Shown piece after piece: positions 20,053 to 30,433 of a DNA stretch of 64,000 nucleotides. Both the position numbers and the translations under genes were made by a program. The notes under the pieces were generated by a model. It was not told the DNA's origin, ran no database searches, and worked only from the letters and a program-made list of their open reading frames with translations. The number at the start of each line of letters is the position of its first letter. The first letter of the stretch is position 1. The DNA comes from Polyangiales bacterium. Lineage in GTDB: Bacteria; Myxococcota_A; Polyangia; Polyangiales; Houyiibacteriaceae. Where the stretch lies: positions 17,539 through 81,538 of the forward strand of contig JBGCFM010000029.1 of NCBI GenBank assembly GCA_045106895.1, in the 5' to 3' direction.

Positions 20053-22523
20053 TCCGGGATGCAAAGGAACTCGAGGGCTCCGCCGAGTGTCGACTCCAAC
20101 GAGCATTCGTAGCCGGTGTCCCGGCACTGGTCATCGGACGTGTTGCAGTTTGGTGCACATACGTTTTCACCCGTGTTGTCTTCGAAACAGAAGGTACCTG
20201 TGCCGCAGTCAGCATTCGTTGTGCAACCGGCTCGCCCGCAGAGCCCACCGGGCCAGTCGAGACAGCCGCTTTGGCCTGCGCAATCGGAGAAGTCTGAGCA
20301 GGTGTCTCCATCGCTACCGCCGCCACGTCGCGCGCAGAAGCGTCCCTGCGGAAACCACTTGCAGGCCTCGAGGGCTCGGCAGTCGTCGTTTCGTGTGCAG
20401 GGAGAGCCACACTCGCTGTCCATTCCTGGGCCGGGCGTAGGGCACCCGTCTCCTTCGGGGCAGGAGAAGGTGAACTGGCAGGCGCGGTCGGCGCAGGTTC
20501 CATCGTTGCAAACCTGGCTGAGGGGACACTCGAGACTCGACGCACAACCGCTCGTGGCGGCCTCCTCGATTTCAATGAGGTACTCCGACGTGTCCATCGA
20601 GAAAGCGTCAATGGCGACCATGTACGTGCCGGATTCTCCCACACGCTGCGAAATCGTCTCCGTCGTTCCACTCGACACGGAGGTCGCGATGGTCGTGCCG
20701 CCGGGTCCCAGGAGCCGGACGCTCAGGTCTTGACCTGCTGAATCCGTCTCAAGGGTAATGTTCAGCTGGACAGGAGCGCTGACGCTGAAGCTGAAGTAGT
20801 CGATGTCTCCCGGACAGACCGACGCCAACGCGATGTTCGACGCGGGGAAGGGCGTGGCGTCCTCGCGGGTGTTGTTGTCTTCAAACTCATCCGGCGTGCA
20901 GCAGGCGCTCCCAGACTCGGAGCTGACTTCGAGGCTGTATTGATTGGACTCCCCGTCGTATCCGAAGACGCGCGCGTAAGCCGTCGTCGCCGCGCCGAAA
21001 CAGTACTCGAGGGTCTCTTCGTTCTCGGTGCTCGCGCTGCTCGCGAGGGCGTCCCCGGAGGCGCTTTGGAGCTCGAGATCGAGGTCGCCTTCATCATGGC
21101 TAAATCCGAAGAGCCGAACGGTGACCCGTTCATTGGCCTCGACGGGGATTCGGAAGAAGTCGGAGTCGTTCGAGCAGGCCTCTCCGTCGGTGATCGGTGA
21201 AGTGTAAAGCGTCGCGTCGGGAGCCGTGTCGTCTTCCTCGCGTCCATCGTCGCCCATACACATATAGCCGCCGGCGGCGCCCTCGCAGATGTCTTCGACG
21301 GGGCCGCAGCCCGCGAGAACGGCGCCATCGGTCGTTGGCGTCGCGCCGCAGGTTCCGGCCGTGCATGGGTTGTCGCTACAGTCGGACACACAGAGGCCGC
21401 CCGCGGCGGTCTGCGCGCAGCGGCCTTCGCTGCAGTCGGCGTTGGTCGAGCAGGCCTCGCACTGAGCGAGGTCGCCGCCGCCGGCGCCCACCACGGCCTC
21501 GAACTCGATGACCGGGGAGTCGGTACGGTGGTCGCAGGCGCTTCCCGTTGGGTCATCGTTGTCCGTCGCGCTGACGACGATGTAGAAAGTCTGGCTATCA
21601 GCTTCGCCGATGACGACCGACGGGACACGAGCGCTCCATTCTCCGGAACGCGGTCGCATCACCAACTGCTCAAAATCTGTGATGTTGGGACGGCTCAGGT
21701 CATCTGGACGCGCCGTCGTGTAGAAGAGCAGTGGCGCGTCGCGCAGGTCCATGTCGTCGGTGACGTCCGCGCGAACTTCCCAGCCGCTGGCGCTGGTGAG
21801 TCGACCGCCATCCGCCGGCGAGATCACCGTGATGCTGGGTCCGGTGCCTGGGCAGTTGTCGCCGATCTCGCTTCGAAGCACGACGATGTAGTCGAGGGGC
21901 GTCTCGTGGGTTCCATCTCTGGCGACGAGGGGAATCGTCCATCGTTCGGCGGTGCCCGCCTGGCTGTCCGAAGGACACCACTCAAACTCCGCGCGCTTCG
22001 CGTCCGTTTGCGTGACCTCCGCGCCATCGGGGAGGGTGGTGCGTGCTTCGATGTCCACGCTCGCCGAGTCATCGTCGCGGACCTCGATGTCGAATCGCAC
22101 ACACGGGTCTTGTGCGAGGTCGTAGGCGTTGCCGGGACCCGGACGAATAAACGTGGGCGCGGCGTCCGTCGACGAGGTCACGTTGATCACGACGGGCGTG
22201 GAGTCGACAACGTCGCCGCCATCGAGGAGCTGAATGATCACCTCGTGTGCTCCGACGTGGCTCGCCAGCGGAGTCCAGCGAAACTCGCCGCCGGCGCTCG
22301 CGGAGCCGCTGATGCTCGCGGTTCGGTTGAACGCGGGCACATCCTCGGGCCCTTCGAACCCAAAGGTCAGGTCGCCATCGCCGCTCACGGAAATCGGCAT
22401 TCTGAGAGTCTCCCCGACCATCACATTTTGAGAAGGGAGAGGGTCGATGGTGAGGTCCCCGCCAGGCCCGCAGGCGAGGCAAAGAGCAAGGGCACTCAAG
22501 GAAAGAGCTCGAAGTCGGTTCAC
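20049..22523 (-). CDS. Multidomain lipoprotein with Ig/cadherin-like, PPC and Cys-rich domains
   Basis: Lipobox CLAC; FRWTP/FEWCP Ig-like repeats; two PPC-like domains (DSDFFRI..DLDLEL; DIDYFSF); Cys-rich modules. Confidence 0.75.
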   Translation of the reverse strand: MNRLRALSLSALALCLACGPGGDLTIDPLPSQNVMVGETLRMPISVSGDGDLTFGFEGPEDVPAFNRTASISGSASAGGEFRWTPLASHVGAHEVIIQLLDGGDVVDSTPVVINVTSSTDAAPTFIRPGPGNAYDLAQDPCVRFDIEVRDDDSASVDIEARTTLPDGAEVTQTDAKRAEFEWCPSDSQAGTAERWTIPLVARDGTHETPLDYIVVLRSEIGDNCPGTGPSITVISPADGGRLTSASGWEVRADVTDDMDLRDAPLLFYTTARPDDLSRPNITDFEQLVMRPRSGEWSARVPSVVIGEADSQTFYIVVSATDNDDPTGSACDHRTDSPVIEFEAVVGAGGGDLAQCEACSTNADCSEGRCAQTAAGGLCVSDCSDNPCTAGTCGATPTTDGAVLAGCGPVEDICEGAAGGYMCMGDDGREEDDTAPDATLYTSPITDGEACSNDSDFFRIPVEANERVTVRLFGFSHDEGDLDLELQSASGDALASSASTENEETLEYCFGAATTAYARVFGYDGESNQYSLEVSSESGSACCTPDEFEDNNTREDATPFPASNIALASVCPGDIDYFSFSVSAPVQLNITLETDSAGQDLSVRLLGPGGTTIATSVSSGTTETISQRVGESGTYMVAIDAFSMDTSEYLIEIEEAATSGCASSLECPLSQVCNDGTCADRACQFTFSCPEGDGCPTPGPGMDSECGSPCTRNDDCRALEACKWFPQGRFCARRGGGSDGDTCSDFSDCAGQSGCLDWPGGLCGRAGCTTNADCGTGTFCFEDNTGENVCAPNCNTSDDQCRDTGYECSLESTLGGALEFLCIPE

Positions 22524-22601
22524 CGGGAAAAGGTACCGTGGCCAGCGCCTCGCGGCCACCCGGCGGGAAGGCCAAGCAAGTAACGCGCCCGAGGACTGGA
22601 G

Positions 22602-23918
22602 CTAGTGGACCATGGGGTTGGCGAATTCGACGGTCATGTCGATGCTCAGAGTCGCTGCTCCCGGCGCTATTTGCGGCGGAATTGCGTCAAACGGTGCGCA
22701 CTGAACGATCGCTTCGACGGCCGCCGCGTCCATGTCCGAGAAGCCGCTGGACCGCATACGGCGCGGGCGCGCGGTGAGTTCTCCACGGCGATTGACGACG
22801 AGCCGGTACACGGCGAGGCCCTGGTCCATCGCCACCATTCGGGCGCGGGGGAAGACCAGCGCGCTTTCGACTTGGCGGCGAGCCCGCAGATACCACCCCT
22901 GATAGCGTCGGCTCGATGTATCGAGGCCGTCGTTGCCGGAGCCCGGCTGGTGAGCCCGGGCGGCGCCGCCTTCGCGGGCGTCGTCTCCTTCACCTGCGGC
23001 GCCGGCGCCGGCTTGGCCGCCACGCCCGAGCCCCTCGCCCCGTCGCCGGCTGGCTTCGACGGTGCTTTGAACGAGCAGCATCGCTAGTTGTTCGGCGTCT
23101 TGGTTGTCGCTAGGCCGCGCGGAGGTTTGAGCGAGGGTGGCTGCGGGGCCCTCGTCCACCTGGGGGCGACCCGTCGCGACATTTGCGCGCGGAGACTCGC
23201 GGGTGCCGCGGCCTCCGGAAACGCCCCGGCCCGGAGATGGGGTGGTGCCGGCCAGTGCGGCGCGCGCGCTCCCTGCCGCTCGCTGCTCGAGGCCTTCCTC
23301 GATCTCTCCGTTCGCCTCCTGCCCGGCGGCCGCACGGGATTCTTCGCCGCTGCCTTCTTGAGAAGCCTCGGCGGCGAAGAGAGCGCCTTCCCGCACGGCG
23401 CTCCGAGTGGGAACCCGCCGTTGTCGCGTGCGCCCGCTCCCCGTCGCGAGAAAAGGCTGGTCGTTGGGGTTCGGCGTCGAGCGCCGGTTTTCGTACGAGG
23501 AGCGTGTGGAGCCCGTTCGAATACGCTGGATCTGACTGCGGTCCGTAGCCGTGAGTGGTGAGTCTTGAAGGTGCGCGTCGTGGGTTCGGCTCACCAAGAA
23601 GGTGATGTCCACGCTACCGCCACCGTCGCCACCGGCGGCGTTGCTTGCGCCGTGAACGTTGGCGCGACTTGAAGGTCCGCCAAGCTCCACGGGGACCGAG
23701 TGGCGAGCGCTTGGACGGGCGCTCTGAGCTTCGCTCGGCCTCACCTCCGCCAAGGGAAGCGCGTCCCAGGCGGTGGGCGTGCGTGGCGCGTCACGCGAGT
23801 ACTTCGGAACGCCGACGAGGAACGCCGCGAGCAACGCGTGGAGCACGAGAGAGAGGCCCGCGCCTATGACGAAGCTGCGGGCGGATCCAGTGACTTGGGC
23901 TGCGAGGGGCTGCGCCAC
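22602..23918 (-). CDS. TonB-family energy transducer (TonB C-terminal domain)
   Basis: N-terminal TM SLVLHA; long low-complexity linker; C-terminal FP..A....QG....V...G......SSGFSDMDAAAVEAI..PF. Confidence 0.75.
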   Translation of the reverse strand: MAQPLAAQVTGSARSFVIGAGLSLVLHALLAAFLVGVPKYSRDAPRTPTAWDALPLAEVRPSEAQSARPSARHSVPVELGGPSSRANVHGASNAAGGDGGGSVDITFLVSRTHDAHLQDSPLTATDRSQIQRIRTGSTRSSYENRRSTPNPNDQPFLATGSGRTRQRRVPTRSAVREGALFAAEASQEGSGEESRAAAGQEANGEIEEGLEQRAAGSARAALAGTTPSPGRGVSGGRGTRESPRANVATGRPQVDEGPAATLAQTSARPSDNQDAEQLAMLLVQSTVEASRRRGEGLGRGGQAGAGAAGEGDDAREGGAARAHQPGSGNDGLDTSSRRYQGWYLRARRQVESALVFPRARMVAMDQGLAVYRLVVNRRGELTARPRRMRSSGFSDMDAAAVEAIVQCAPFDAIPPQIAPGAATLSIDMTVEFANPMVH

Positions 23919-23982
23919 GCCTGAGCATAGCAGAGCACGCGCGGGGCAGCGGAAAGGCTGCATGAACCCGCGTGAACGCGAT

Positions 23983-25086
23983 CTAGCGCTTCTTTTTGGC
24001 CTTTCGTCGCTTCGCAGAGCCGGAGGGCTTCTCGCCGGACTTCGCGTCGGCGTCGGGTTTTGTGTCCACGTCCGCTTTGTCCGTTTCCGATTTCGCGCTG
24101 GCCTTTTTCTCGCCGGCTTGACGGAGCGACAGGCGCATTCGGTCTGGAATGTCCCAGGCCGGATTCTTGAACGCGTGCACGAGCAAACCGACGGCCATGA
24201 CGAACATGCCCATCGACGCGTACTGGGCTGGGGTCAGACCGCTGAAACGGACGTCGGCGCCGGCCTGGTCTTCGATACGAAGGAAGTCCAGCATAAAGCG
24301 GCCCGGGGTGTACAGAAGCGGCATCAACCCGACCCAGAGGCCCATCGGGCGCTTCTCCTTCGGGAACTTACGGAGAATCAACAGGAAGATAACCATCACA
24401 ACGGCGGCGTAGATGACTTCGTAGAAGCCAAGGTCGTGACGCGCGACGCCCGAGTTGTTGTAGTTTTCGACGGCGAGGAAAAAATCTGATTCGGCGCCGG
24501 GGTGGTCGTGAACGACAAAACACCCGGAGCGGCCAAAGACCCAGCCCAGCGGGAAGGCGAAGCCCACGGCGTCAGCGAGTGCCCACGAAGGCATTTTGCG
24601 GCGCTTGCGCCAGACCCAGATGCCGACCATCGCCCCGACGAAGCCGCCGTAGCTGGAGAGTCCCATCCACTTCAAGTTGTTGCTTGGGTCTTCGAAGAAA
24701 CGAAGCAGGTCCTCGGTCTCATAGAAAACCGCGTTCAAGAGAATCGCGAAAACGAAACCGATGAACACAACATGCGTCGCGAAGTCCGACAAGATGTGCG
24801 GATCGATGTCGAGACGCTTCGCGTACCACTCCGCCAGCTTTGTGCCGAGGACCACGCCGGTGGCGACGAGAATGCCGAAGGGCTGGATTGGGACGGGGTC
24901 GAATCCCTTCCAAAGCGCGATGAGGGACATGCCCGCGGCGAAGAGCGCCGTCGACATGGCCTGCTGACGCCACTTCGGGTTTGCCGCAGCGAGGGCGCAT
25001 CCGACGAAAACAGCGCCCGCGAGATACGCGAGCGGAATCTCGATGGCGTCGAATTTGAACCAGGGAATAAAGAGAAAAGTCCGCAT
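23983..25086 (-). CDS. lgt: Prolipoprotein diacylglyceryl transferase
   Basis: GLSSYGGFVG, GRSGCF, ARHDLGFYE, RFMLDFLR, LTPAQY. Confidence 0.85.
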   Translation of the reverse strand: MRTFLFIPWFKFDAIEIPLAYLAGAVFVGCALAAANPKWRQQAMSTALFAAGMSLIALWKGFDPVPIQPFGILVATGVVLGTKLAEWYAKRLDIDPHILSDFATHVVFIGFVFAILLNAVFYETEDLLRFFEDPSNNLKWMGLSSYGGFVGAMVGIWVWRKRRKMPSWALADAVGFAFPLGWVFGRSGCFVVHDHPGAESDFFLAVENYNNSGVARHDLGFYEVIYAAVVMVIFLLILRKFPKEKRPMGLWVGLMPLLYTPGRFMLDFLRIEDQAGADVRFSGLTPAQYASMGMFVMAVGLLVHAFKNPAWDIPDRMRLSLRQAGEKKASAKSETDKADVDTKPDADAKSGEKPSGSAKRRKAKKKR

Positions 25087-25274
25087 CGCGCGCGCACCCT
25101 AGCAGCTTGGCGGCAACTCGCACTGCCGCAGAATTATCGAAAAAACAGGCATTAAGCGGCCTGCCATCAAAGGCATCGCTGCCGCACGGGTCGAACCCCC
25201 GCCGGGCCGTTCTATTTCATGGAGCTTCCTGCTTTGTCGTTTGCACGAAGAACAGAATCGCGGATCCTCGCCGC

Positions 25275-26291
25275 ATGAGCTTGGACCCCTTTGACGCCAT
25301 GGGTGACAGCCCCCGCGCTTTCTTCTTCAAGGATGAGCCCAGTGGGTTGCGTGCGATCCTCTGCTTGGATGACCTTCGGCTTGGGCCTGCCGCAGGCGGC
25401 GTTCGAACCTGGACCTACGAGAACACGGAAGCTGCGCTCGCCGACGCCCGGCGTCTGTCTCGCGCCATGAGCATCAAGTGCGCTCTCGCGGGGTTGGCCG
25501 CGGGTGGCGCGAAGACGGTGATCTCGGCGGGACACCTGGTGCAGCGAGAGCGAGCGTTTGAGGTTCTCGGTCAGCGCATCGAAGAGTTAGGAGGCATCTA
25601 TCGCTGCGCCGGAGATCTCGGCACAGGCGATGCGGACCTCCAGGCGATGGCTCGGAAGACGGGGTACGTACACACCAATAGCGTCGACCTCTCAGCGTCC
25701 GTTGCTCGCGGTACCCTGCGCTGTTTGGAGGCGCTCGTCGAAGCCAGGGGGCGACGGATCGAAGGGCTTCGTGTGGCGGTGCAGGGGTGCGGGAGTATCG
25801 GTGCTGCCGTCGCCAAGGCGCTCGGTGACGACGGCGCGGAGCTCTTCGTCGCGGACCTCGACGCGGAACGCGCCGAGCGCTGTTCAGCGGCGACGGGCGC
25901 GCGGGTGTTGTCCCCCAATGCGATTCTCCGCGCGGATGTGGATGTCTTGGTCCCCTGTGCTACCGGACACGTCATCACCGAGGAGCTTGCTCGTCAGACG
26001 CCCGCATTCGGTGTGTGTGGCGCAGCGAACAATGCGCTCGCTACACAGCATGTTGCGTCGATTCTCGCGGACCGCGGTGTTCACCATGTACCCGACGTGC
26101 TCGCCTCGGCGGGCGCCGTGATCGATGGGATCGGTGAGACTGTCATGGGCCTCGACGTCGCGGGCCGCGAGGTGCTCATCGACGGCCTCAAAGCCACCAC
26201 CGCGTCGCTCTTGAAGCGAGCGGTTCGGGAGCGACGGCCGCCGGAGCATCTGGCGTGGGAAATGGCCAAAGAGCGGATGCAGGCCGCCTAG
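25275..26291 (+). CDS. Glu/Leu/Phe/Val dehydrogenase
   Basis: LGPAAGGVR, MSIKCALAGLAAGGAK, GDLGT, VQGCGSIG, GAANN. Confidence 0.9.
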   Translation: MSLDPFDAMGDSPRAFFFKDEPSGLRAILCLDDLRLGPAAGGVRTWTYENTEAALADARRLSRAMSIKCALAGLAAGGAKTVISAGHLVQRERAFEVLGQRIEELGGIYRCAGDLGTGDADLQAMARKTGYVHTNSVDLSASVARGTLRCLEALVEARGRRIEGLRVAVQGCGSIGAAVAKALGDDGAELFVADLDAERAERCSAATGARVLSPNAILRADVDVLVPCATGHVITEELARQTPAFGVCGAANNALATQHVASILADRGVHHVPDVLASAGAVIDGIGETVMGLDVAGREVLIDGLKATTASLLKRAVRERRPPEHLAWEMAKERMQAA

Positions 26292-26312
26292 CGGCGCGGC
26301 ACCCTCCGTTGA

Positions 26313-27611
<1,299 letters not shown>

Positions 27612-27619
27612 TTCTCCTT

Positions 27620-27723
27620 GGATTCTCCGCCCAGCACGCCGTGCTCGGCGTTCCCGGCGGCTCGGCATCCACAGATGCCGTCGCCGCCGGCGCCTTGATC
27701 ACGACGCGCTGGACGAAGAATCC
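27620..27723. repeat. ~100-bp imperfect palindromic intergenic element (copy 1)
   Basis: Terminal inverted repeats GGATTCTCCGCCCAGC / GCTGGACGAAGAATCC; nested stems; near-identical copy at 36801-36901. Confidence 0.85.
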
Positions 27724-27868
27724 GGGGGGCTCGGCTTCCGCTCTGCCTTCGGCATTCGCTTTCCGTCAGCACCCCTGACTGCGGCTCGGCATTGACTGAA
27801 GCGCTGGACGAAGAATCCGAGGAGGTTCGTGGGGGCGAGGTTCGCTCTGCCTTCGGCATTGGCTTTCC
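27707..27868. repeat. Direct repeat of a ~55-65 bp module (GCGCTGGACGAAGAATCCG...CGCTCTGCCTTCGGCATT.GCTTTCC)
   Basis: Copies at about 27707-27763 and 27801-27868. Confidence 0.8.
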
Positions 27869-27890
27869 TCACTCGGCATCGATCGATGCG

Positions 27891-29207
27891 CTACGAGGCG
27901 GCTTCGCCCTGAAGGAGCCGCGGTACGCTGTTGGCGTCGAAGCTGCCGGCGCGGAATCCATCGTCGATGAGGATGGAGCGAATCAGCGGGATGTTCGTGT
28001 CGTGGGGGGCGAACTCGGATCCGGCGAGAAGTCGGTCCAATGTGAGGGCAGCCTGATGACGAATCGGCGCGAAGGATGTGACGCGCGCGAGGACGTTGCC
28101 GTCATCCGTGGGTACAGGGCTGCCGACGGCGCATGAGGGTTCAATGACCACGCTGCGTTGAGGAGCCGCGGGGAAGCGAAGGGCGCTGGGCACCGCGCCG
28201 CGCTGTTCTTCGTTGACGGCGACGATCCGCGCGCCGATGGCGTGGCCGCTCGGTTGAAGCACGCGCACCTCGTCGGGGAGCGGAGCGCCGGCTGCAAGCT
28301 GCAGTTGAAGGTTGAGAAGGTCGAGGCCGGTGGCACGCTCGAGGACTGCGTGAAGGGAAGGTAGCCCGAGGCGAGCGCCGCTCGTGTACAGGGTGCCGTC
28401 GGCGGTGAACACCATCTCCACGCGAATGAGTCCAACGCTGCCGAGCTCCTTGGCGACGCGGATGGCGATATCGAACATCCTCTCGCGGCTCGCTTCGCCG
28501 TCGATGCGGAAGGTGAGGGCGGGCGACGGTGACTCCTCAAGGAGCACGGCTCCGCCATGTCGAAGTGTCGTCTCACACTCCGTCACAGGTTCCACGGCGC
28601 CTTCGCTGTCCGCAGCCACGAGGACCTCAAAGGTTCGGGCGCGGGGAAGCCAACGCTCGACATGGAGAGCCCCCGTCTCACCGAAAAGCCCGCGGGCCTT
28701 GGACCACGCTTCACTTAGGTCGTCCTCGTCTTCCACGACGACATGCCCTGGCCCCACGTCGGGGCGAAGTGCGAGGGGATAATCGAGACGGTAGCCGATG
28801 GAGTTGGCTTCGTTCTCGTTCTCGGCGAGCTCCGACGGGACACTTTGGGCGTTCGCGCGCTCGACGCATGCGCGGAAAGCGGTTCTTGAGCGAACCGTTT
28901 CGAGCGCGTCGGGATCAAGGCCGACGTAGGTGAGGCCTTCGGCTTCCAGGGCGCGGGCGAGCGCAGTGTCTTCTGCGACGTCGCAGAAACCTGGATGGAT
29001 CGCATCGACCTCGTGTTCTTTTGCCAGCGAGACGAGCGTTTCCGGACTCAAGGGTTCCGCTAGTTCGATGCTCTTGTCGCAGGACTCCGCGTAACCTTGG
29101 CCAGAACCGGCGTGGAGGCCGATGGTCTCAATGCCGAGGCGGCGGCAGACGCGCGAGACGGGAAAAGCAGCGGAACTCTGACGAGCGATGAGGATTCGGG
29201 AGAACAC
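27891..29207 (-). CDS. Biotin carboxylase-like protein (catalytic motifs degenerate)
   Basis: FSRILIA, DAIHPGF, VERWLPRARTFEV, EESPSP, GHAIGARI, TNIPLI follow the AccC layout. Confidence 0.75.
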   Translation of the reverse strand: MFSRILIARQSSAAFPVSRVCRRLGIETIGLHAGSGQGYAESCDKSIELAEPLSPETLVSLAKEHEVDAIHPGFCDVAEDTALARALEAEGLTYVGLDPDALETVRSRTAFRACVERANAQSVPSELAENENEANSIGYRLDYPLALRPDVGPGHVVVEDEDDLSEAWSKARGLFGETGALHVERWLPRARTFEVLVAADSEGAVEPVTECETTLRHGGAVLLEESPSPALTFRIDGEASRERMFDIAIRVAKELGSVGLIRVEMVFTADGTLYTSGARLGLPSLHAVLERATGLDLLNLQLQLAAGAPLPDEVRVLQPSGHAIGARIVAVNEEQRGAVPSALRFPAAPQRSVVIEPSCAVGSPVPTDDGNVLARVTSFAPIRHQAALTLDRLLAGSEFAPHDTNIPLIRSILIDDGFRAGSFDANSVPRLLQGEAAS

Positions 29208-29289
29208 CGCGCGAGTGTACCCCCTTCGCAGCGACACGCCCCCGCAAAGCGCGTTTGACCTGAATCCATGCCCTCTTCATGGTCGTCCC

Positions 29290-29727
29290 GTGGAGGTCGT
29301 CGTTCGCAGTGAGGGGTTGGAATCCCAGCCCGTTTCAAACACGAAAGTCCGTCGATGGGCCGAAGCGATGCTTCACGCCCTTCATCGGCAAGACGCGGAG
29401 CTCAGCGTGCTTCTGTGCAGCGACGAGATAATTCACACCTTGAACCGGGACTTTCGCGGCAAAGACAGCCCGACTGATGTCTTGGGGTTCGCCATGAACG
29501 AAGGCGAGGCGCCTCATGTTCAGGCGCATATCTTGGGGGACATCGTGATCTCGATGCCGACGGCGCGACGCCAGGCAGGAGAGCACGCCCGCACGATCGC
29601 AAGTGAGGTTCGCTGGCTTCTGGCCCACGGTCTGCTTCACCTCCTCGGCTACGATCATCTAGAATTCGGGGAGTATCGACGGATGATGGCGCGCCAAGAT
29701 GTGTTGGTGTGGGCAAAGAGCCCCTAA
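29290..29727 (+). CDS. ybeY: rRNA maturation RNase YbeY
   Basis: LNRDFRGKDSPTDVLGF, LGDIVIS, HGLLHLLGYDH; start approximate. Confidence 0.93.
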   Translation: MEVVVRSEGLESQPVSNTKVRRWAEAMLHALHRQDAELSVLLCSDEIIHTLNRDFRGKDSPTDVLGFAMNEGEAPHVQAHILGDIVISMPTARRQAGEHARTIASEVRWLLAHGLLHLLGYDHLEFGEYRRMMARQDVLVWAKSP

Positions 29728-29728
29728 C

Positions 29729-29737
29729 TGTGGATAA
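29729..29737. promoter_or_regulatory. Perfect DnaA box (TGTGGATAA)
   Basis: Exact match to TTATCCACA on the minus strand, in the AT-richer spacer upstream of HU. Confidence 0.45.
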
Positions 29738-30061
29738 AGTGCCTCGGCCGATGGGGCCTGTCCGTCACTTTGCTCGTCGTTGTTCGAGAAAAGACTATTA
29801 GTTACTGACGTTTACGGCGCATGTGTGCGTTGTCGTGCGGCCGAATGTAGCAGCCCTAATCCCTGTGGAAAGCCTGGGGACATCTTCTTTCGCAAGAGGT
29901 TTTTGGGAGTCGACACAAAATCGAATTTCCCCGGATTTAGGGATTTGCTCCCAAAAAACCCTTGTGCGGCGAAAAAAGCCGTGGCTAAGTTCGATTGCAC
30001 GGGCGGTCTGAATCGTCGCGCAGCGCAAATAGCACGAGAAAAACGGATACTGGAGGGAACG

Positions 30062-30370
30062 ATGGCGACGACCAAACGGATGACGAGGGCTCAGATCATG
30101 GGCGAGCTCGCGGACAAGACGGGTCTGAGCAAGCGAGAGATTGCGGACGTGTTCGAGAAGCTCAAGGAGCTGATCAACCAAGAACTCGTCAAGCCACATG
30201 GTGAGTTCATCATTCCAGACCTCGTAAAGCTTAAGCTCAAGGTGACTGAAGCCAAAACTGGCGTGAAGTACCGCAACCCAAACACCGGCGAAGAGATCAT
30301 CAAGGATCGACCCGCTTCACGAAAAGTGAAAGCAACGCCACTCAAGCGACTCAAAGACGCGGTCATCTAG
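30062..30370 (+). CDS. HU/IHF-family DNA-binding protein
   Basis: LADKTGLSKREI, RNPNTGEEI, PASRKVK; SD GGAGGG upstream. Confidence 0.9.
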   Translation: MATTKRMTRAQIMGELADKTGLSKREIADVFEKLKELINQELVKPHGEFIIPDLVKLKLKVTEAKTGVKYRNPNTGEEIIKDRPASRKVKATPLKRLKDAVI

Positions 30371-30386
30371 TCGAGTTTTCTCGTCA

Positions 30387-30416
30387 GAAAGCCCTGGCTC
30401 GCGCCGGGGCTTTTTC
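30387..30416 (+). terminator. Intrinsic terminator
   Basis: AAAGCCCTGGC-TCGC-GCCGGGGCTTTTT after the HU stop. Confidence 0.85.
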
Positions 30417-30433
30417 GTTCCGTCCCTCGGGGG

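Noticed and set aside
27620..27890. CRISPR array
   Set aside because: Only two imperfect repeats, no regular unique spacers and no cas genes
29728..30061. Replication origin
   Set aside because: Only one perfect DnaA box, and no dnaA/dnaN/gidA context
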